Assembly (NCBI GenBank): GCA_965232545.1
Contig: OZ246979.1
Span: 4,002,481-4,066,480, forward strand
Source of the DNA: Candidatus Poribacteria bacterium
Lineage (GTDB): Bacteria; Poribacteria; WGA-4E; WGA-3G
DNA: 64,000 nt
Reading direction: 5' to 3'
Shown here: one piece after another, positions 61,104 to 64,000 of the stretch
Position numbering within the stretch: position 1 is the stretch's first letter
How the letters are laid out: each line of letters opens with the position of its first letter
The notes under the pieces: model-generated
The model's database searches: none
What the model saw: the letters and a program-made list of their open reading frames with translations, nothing else
Told to the model about the DNA's origin: nothing
Made by a program: the position numbers and the translations under genes

Positions 61104-62010
61104 CTATGAGATGTCTAAGCGTTTGCGGAAGGTCTCAAAGTTCTCTGTGAAAGAGGCTTCAAGGTTCAACGCCCTCAGGCGGTCGAGGTCTTCAATGGCT
61201 TCAAGGACGGGGGCAAGCGTATCGACCGCCGCCGTGGGGAACCGGTGGTTGAGGATGGCAAGTGTGCTTTCAACGCTCGTTTGCCGCGCACCTTGCTCGA
61301 TGCCTTGTTGTATACCTTTTTGAAGTCCGCGTTTTTCGCTGATTTCAATGATGGATTCAGCCATATTGACGATCTCCTGATTCAGTGTATGCTCTTCAGC
61401 GAGGATACGAAGTAAGTGTTGATGTTCATTTGCGTCTCTGCGGTGTAGGATGAGGAGGAAGAGATACAAGATGGCGCGCGTATATTCCTCTGCGTCGTGT
61501 GTGTGCGCGTCCCTGAGTGCTTCTAAAGCGTCGCTGAGTGCTTTTCGCATGACGGGTGTCTCGGATGTCTCGTGCCGCAGGACGGTCAATAACCAGCCGA
61601 AGGCGTGCCCTGTTTGTGTCAGTTCTTCGGGGTCAGTGGCGTTGACATCGAGGAGCAGGGTGTCGAAAGTCGGGACGAACCGTTTGAGAACCTCAGGGAT
61701 GTCCATGAGAGCCGTCAGAGAGATCGGTGCTTTCCATTCTCCCGTGCCGGTGTAAAAGACGATCGGCACGATGGGTGTCACGCGCCAGTCTGCCTGTGGG
61801 CGTTTCTCTTCGTCCCAGAGCCGTCGTTCCTCCATCCATATCTGGGTCATGTAAGAGAGCAGCCGCAACCCCATAGACCGATCGACGCTGGATTGGTGTT
61901 CTATAAGCAGATAGACGATCACTTCCTTGGATGTCTCAGCCGGCACCCGAAACGGGATACGGAAGACCATATCGGATTCTTGAGTCCGTAGTTCATCGGT
62001 GATGAAACTT
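61104..62010 (-). pseudogene. rpn: 5'-truncated Rpn/YhgA-like PD-(D/E)XK nuclease; internal small ORF 61104..61364 intact
   Basis: SFITDELRTQESD, LIEHQS, PIVFYTG; lacks the N-terminus seen in 62111. Confidence 0.75.
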
Positions 62011-62110
62011 CAGAGAGTCTAACACACCTCAAGTCCCGTTGTCAAGGAACAAATCACGCGCTTGAAAAATCAGTTGTTTTTCTGAGGGAAGGGGTGTATA
62101 ATAAGGGTAT

Positions 62111-63202
62111 ATGTTGAACATCAACGAAGTTGTCTCTTTTTTCAGGGACTCGCTGGGTCAGTTTTCAGATAGGAGTGCGAAATGGCTGTTATCGAACCCG
62201 GATCACCTGCGGGGTCTGCTTGAAATCATCGGTAGCGATCTGTCGAGTTCTCTGGATTTCAGCAAAGTCGAACGCGTCAACACCACTTTTATCGCCGATA
62301 ACCTGCGCGAACAAGAATCGGATCTGGTATTCCTCTTACCGTTCCGGGACCCCGATGCCACAGAGGTGCTGATCTACATCCTCATTGAACATCAATCGAC
62401 GGTAGACCCTGTGATGGGGTTTCGGTTGCTGTTTTATATGTGTCAGGTCTGGGATCAACAGCGTCAGCAGTGGGTCTCCGAGAACGTCCCAAAAAGTGAG
62501 TGGCGATTTCGTCCGATCATCCCCGTGGTATTTTACACGGGTTCACAGGCATGGAAACCAACACCGCCCTCGCTTGAGGCGTTAATGGATATTCCGCAGG
62601 CACTGCTGCGCTTTCTTCCACGGTTTGAGACGCTTTTTCTCAGCGTCAAGACCGAACCCGATGCGAACCTCGTGAAGACCGACACCCCCTTTGGGTGGCT
62701 CATGACGGTCTTCAAACATGAGGACGTTCCTGAGACAGCCGTGTTCGTCTCTGCCTTAGAACGGTTCGGGGAACATCTCGGCACTCTCAGCGACTCGGAG
62801 CGCGGGGCATGGGAGCAGGCGATCTACTATCTTTACCTCTTAGTTTTCTATCGGCGGTCGGTCGAAGAACGCAGCACCTTAGAGCAGATCATCTCTGAGC
62901 ACCAAAAGGCTTTGAAACTCTCAGAACAGGAGGTAGAACTCATGCAAAGCATGGCAGAACATTACTTACAACAAGGCATAGAGCAAGGCAGACAACAAGG
63001 CATCGAACAAGGGGCGCGGCAGATGAGTCTTGAAAGCACCTTGACCATCCTCACCCGACGCTTCCCGGATGCCGATGTCAATGCCCTGAAACCCACCCTC
63101 GAAGCCATTGAAGACCTCGACCGCCTCAAGGCGTTGAATATCGAGGCTTTCTCAGTAGAGCGTTTTCGGGACTTTCAAGACGCCTTAGACCCTGATAGGT
63201 AG
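62111..63202 (+). CDS. rpn: Rpn family recombination-promoting nuclease/putative transposase
   Basis: FIADNLREQESD, LIEHQS, PVVFYTG, QGIEQG repeats. Confidence 0.92.
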   Translation: MLNINEVVSFFRDSLGQFSDRSAKWLLSNPDHLRGLLEIIGSDLSSSLDFSKVERVNTTFIADNLREQESDLVFLLPFRDPDATEVLIYILIEHQSTVDPVMGFRLLFYMCQVWDQQRQQWVSENVPKSEWRFRPIIPVVFYTGSQAWKPTPPSLEALMDIPQALLRFLPRFETLFLSVKTEPDANLVKTDTPFGWLMTVFKHEDVPETAVFVSALERFGEHLGTLSDSERGAWEQAIYYLYLLVFYRRSVEERSTLEQIISEHQKALKLSEQEVELMQSMAEHYLQQGIEQGRQQGIEQGARQMSLESTLTILTRRFPDADVNALKPTLEAIEDLDRLKALNIEAFSVERFRDFQDALDPDR

Positions 63203-63219
63203 TCTCCGATACCTCTTAG

Positions 63220-63268
63220 AAAAAGAAACGCAGGCACGGTTCTACCCCGCGCCTGCGTTTCTTTTTTT
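63220..63268. terminator. Bidirectional terminator between convergent rpn genes
   Basis: AAAAAGAAACGCAGGC...GCCTGCGTTTCTTTTTTT. Confidence 0.8.
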
Positions 63269-63454
63269 CCGGCTGATGGAACCCCTCTATAGGGTGTGTC
63301 AATGGATGACCCGGAAGCTCATAAACATCAGCCGTCGGGGCATCCATCCTCTGGTCTTATGAAACTATTTTTCAGGGGCGATGTTTTGGAGGGTTCCGCT
63401 GCCGATTTCACCGGCTTTGCTCTTCTGAACAGGGCGAGACGTTCGGCAGGCGCG

Positions 63455-64000
63455 TTAGGCATCAGCGTCGAGGTTCCAGTCGAGCTCGTCAAGGCTATCT
63501 GCGGTCAATCCCCTCTCAAAGAGGGTATCGAGGTGAGCAAGATTGGTGAGGGCATGTATCTGTGTTGCCACTGCCTCGGGAACGTTCTGAAACCGGTGGA
63601 CGAGAAGTTTCAAGAGGGCTGTCTGTTTGGCGCGGGTTTCCCCTTGCTCGATGCCTTGCTCGATGCCTTGCTCAATACCTTGCTCAATACCTTGCTCAAT
63701 GCCTTGTTGAAGCCCCTGTTGAAGTCCGCGTTTTTCGCTGATTTCAATGATGGATTCAGCCATATTGACGATCTCCTGATTCTGTGTATGCTCTTCAGCG
63801 AGGATACGAAGTAAGAGTTGATGTTCATTTGCGTCTCTGCGGTGTAGGATGAGGAGGAAGAGATACAAGATGGCGCGCGTATATTCCTCTGCGTCGTGTG
63901 TGTGCGCGTCCCGGAGTCCGTCTAAAGCGTCGATGAGTGCTTTCCGCATGACGGGTGTCTCGGATGTCTCGTGCTGCAGGACGGTCAATAACCATCCGAA
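63455..64000 (-). CDS. rpn: Rpn family protein, C-terminal part (5' end outside the window)
   Basis: Nearly identical to the 61104 copy up to the QG repeats. Confidence 0.85.
   Translation of the reverse strand, partial: FGWLLTVLQHETSETPVMRKALIDALDGLRDAHTHDAEEYTRAILYLFLLILHRRDANEHQLLLRILAEEHTQNQEIVNMAESIIEISEKRGLQQGLQQGIEQGIEQGIEQGIEQGIEQGETRAKQTALLKLLVHRFQNVPEAVATQIHALTNLAHLDTLFERGLTADSLDELDWNLDADA

Overview
Bacterial chromosomal window that reads like Candidatus Poribacteria (inferred from recurrent secreted WD40/LRR/LamG/YCF48 proteins ending in either the NYPNPFNPETWIPYQL..RKMLIRK FlgD/T9SS-like domain or the GKL..WG.[LV]K tail). No rRNA, tRNA or CRISPR array was seen. Highlights: (1) a probable selenoprotein missed by the ORF track: a cytochrome c + WD40 protein whose apparent TGA stop lies in GMT-U-GAC and reads through into a complete HMA domain, with a SECIS-like hairpin; a second, weaker UGA read-through (PD-U-C) is in an Ig-like lipoprotein; (2) an intact IS200/IS605 tnpB element plus two ORF-less relatives retaining omega-RNA-like right ends, where tnpB and one ORF-less element begin with 5' RNAs of the same pseudoknot topology but unrelated sequence; (3) tandem Prim-Pol-like/degenerate helicase/HTH paralogs facing a SNF2-SWIM helicase, with two inverted 44-bp palindromes upstream; (4) three rpn genes with internal small-protein starts and C-terminal tails swapped at QGIE repeats; (5) several REP-carrying MITE families and many gene remnants. 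All domain calls come from motif reading, not database searches.
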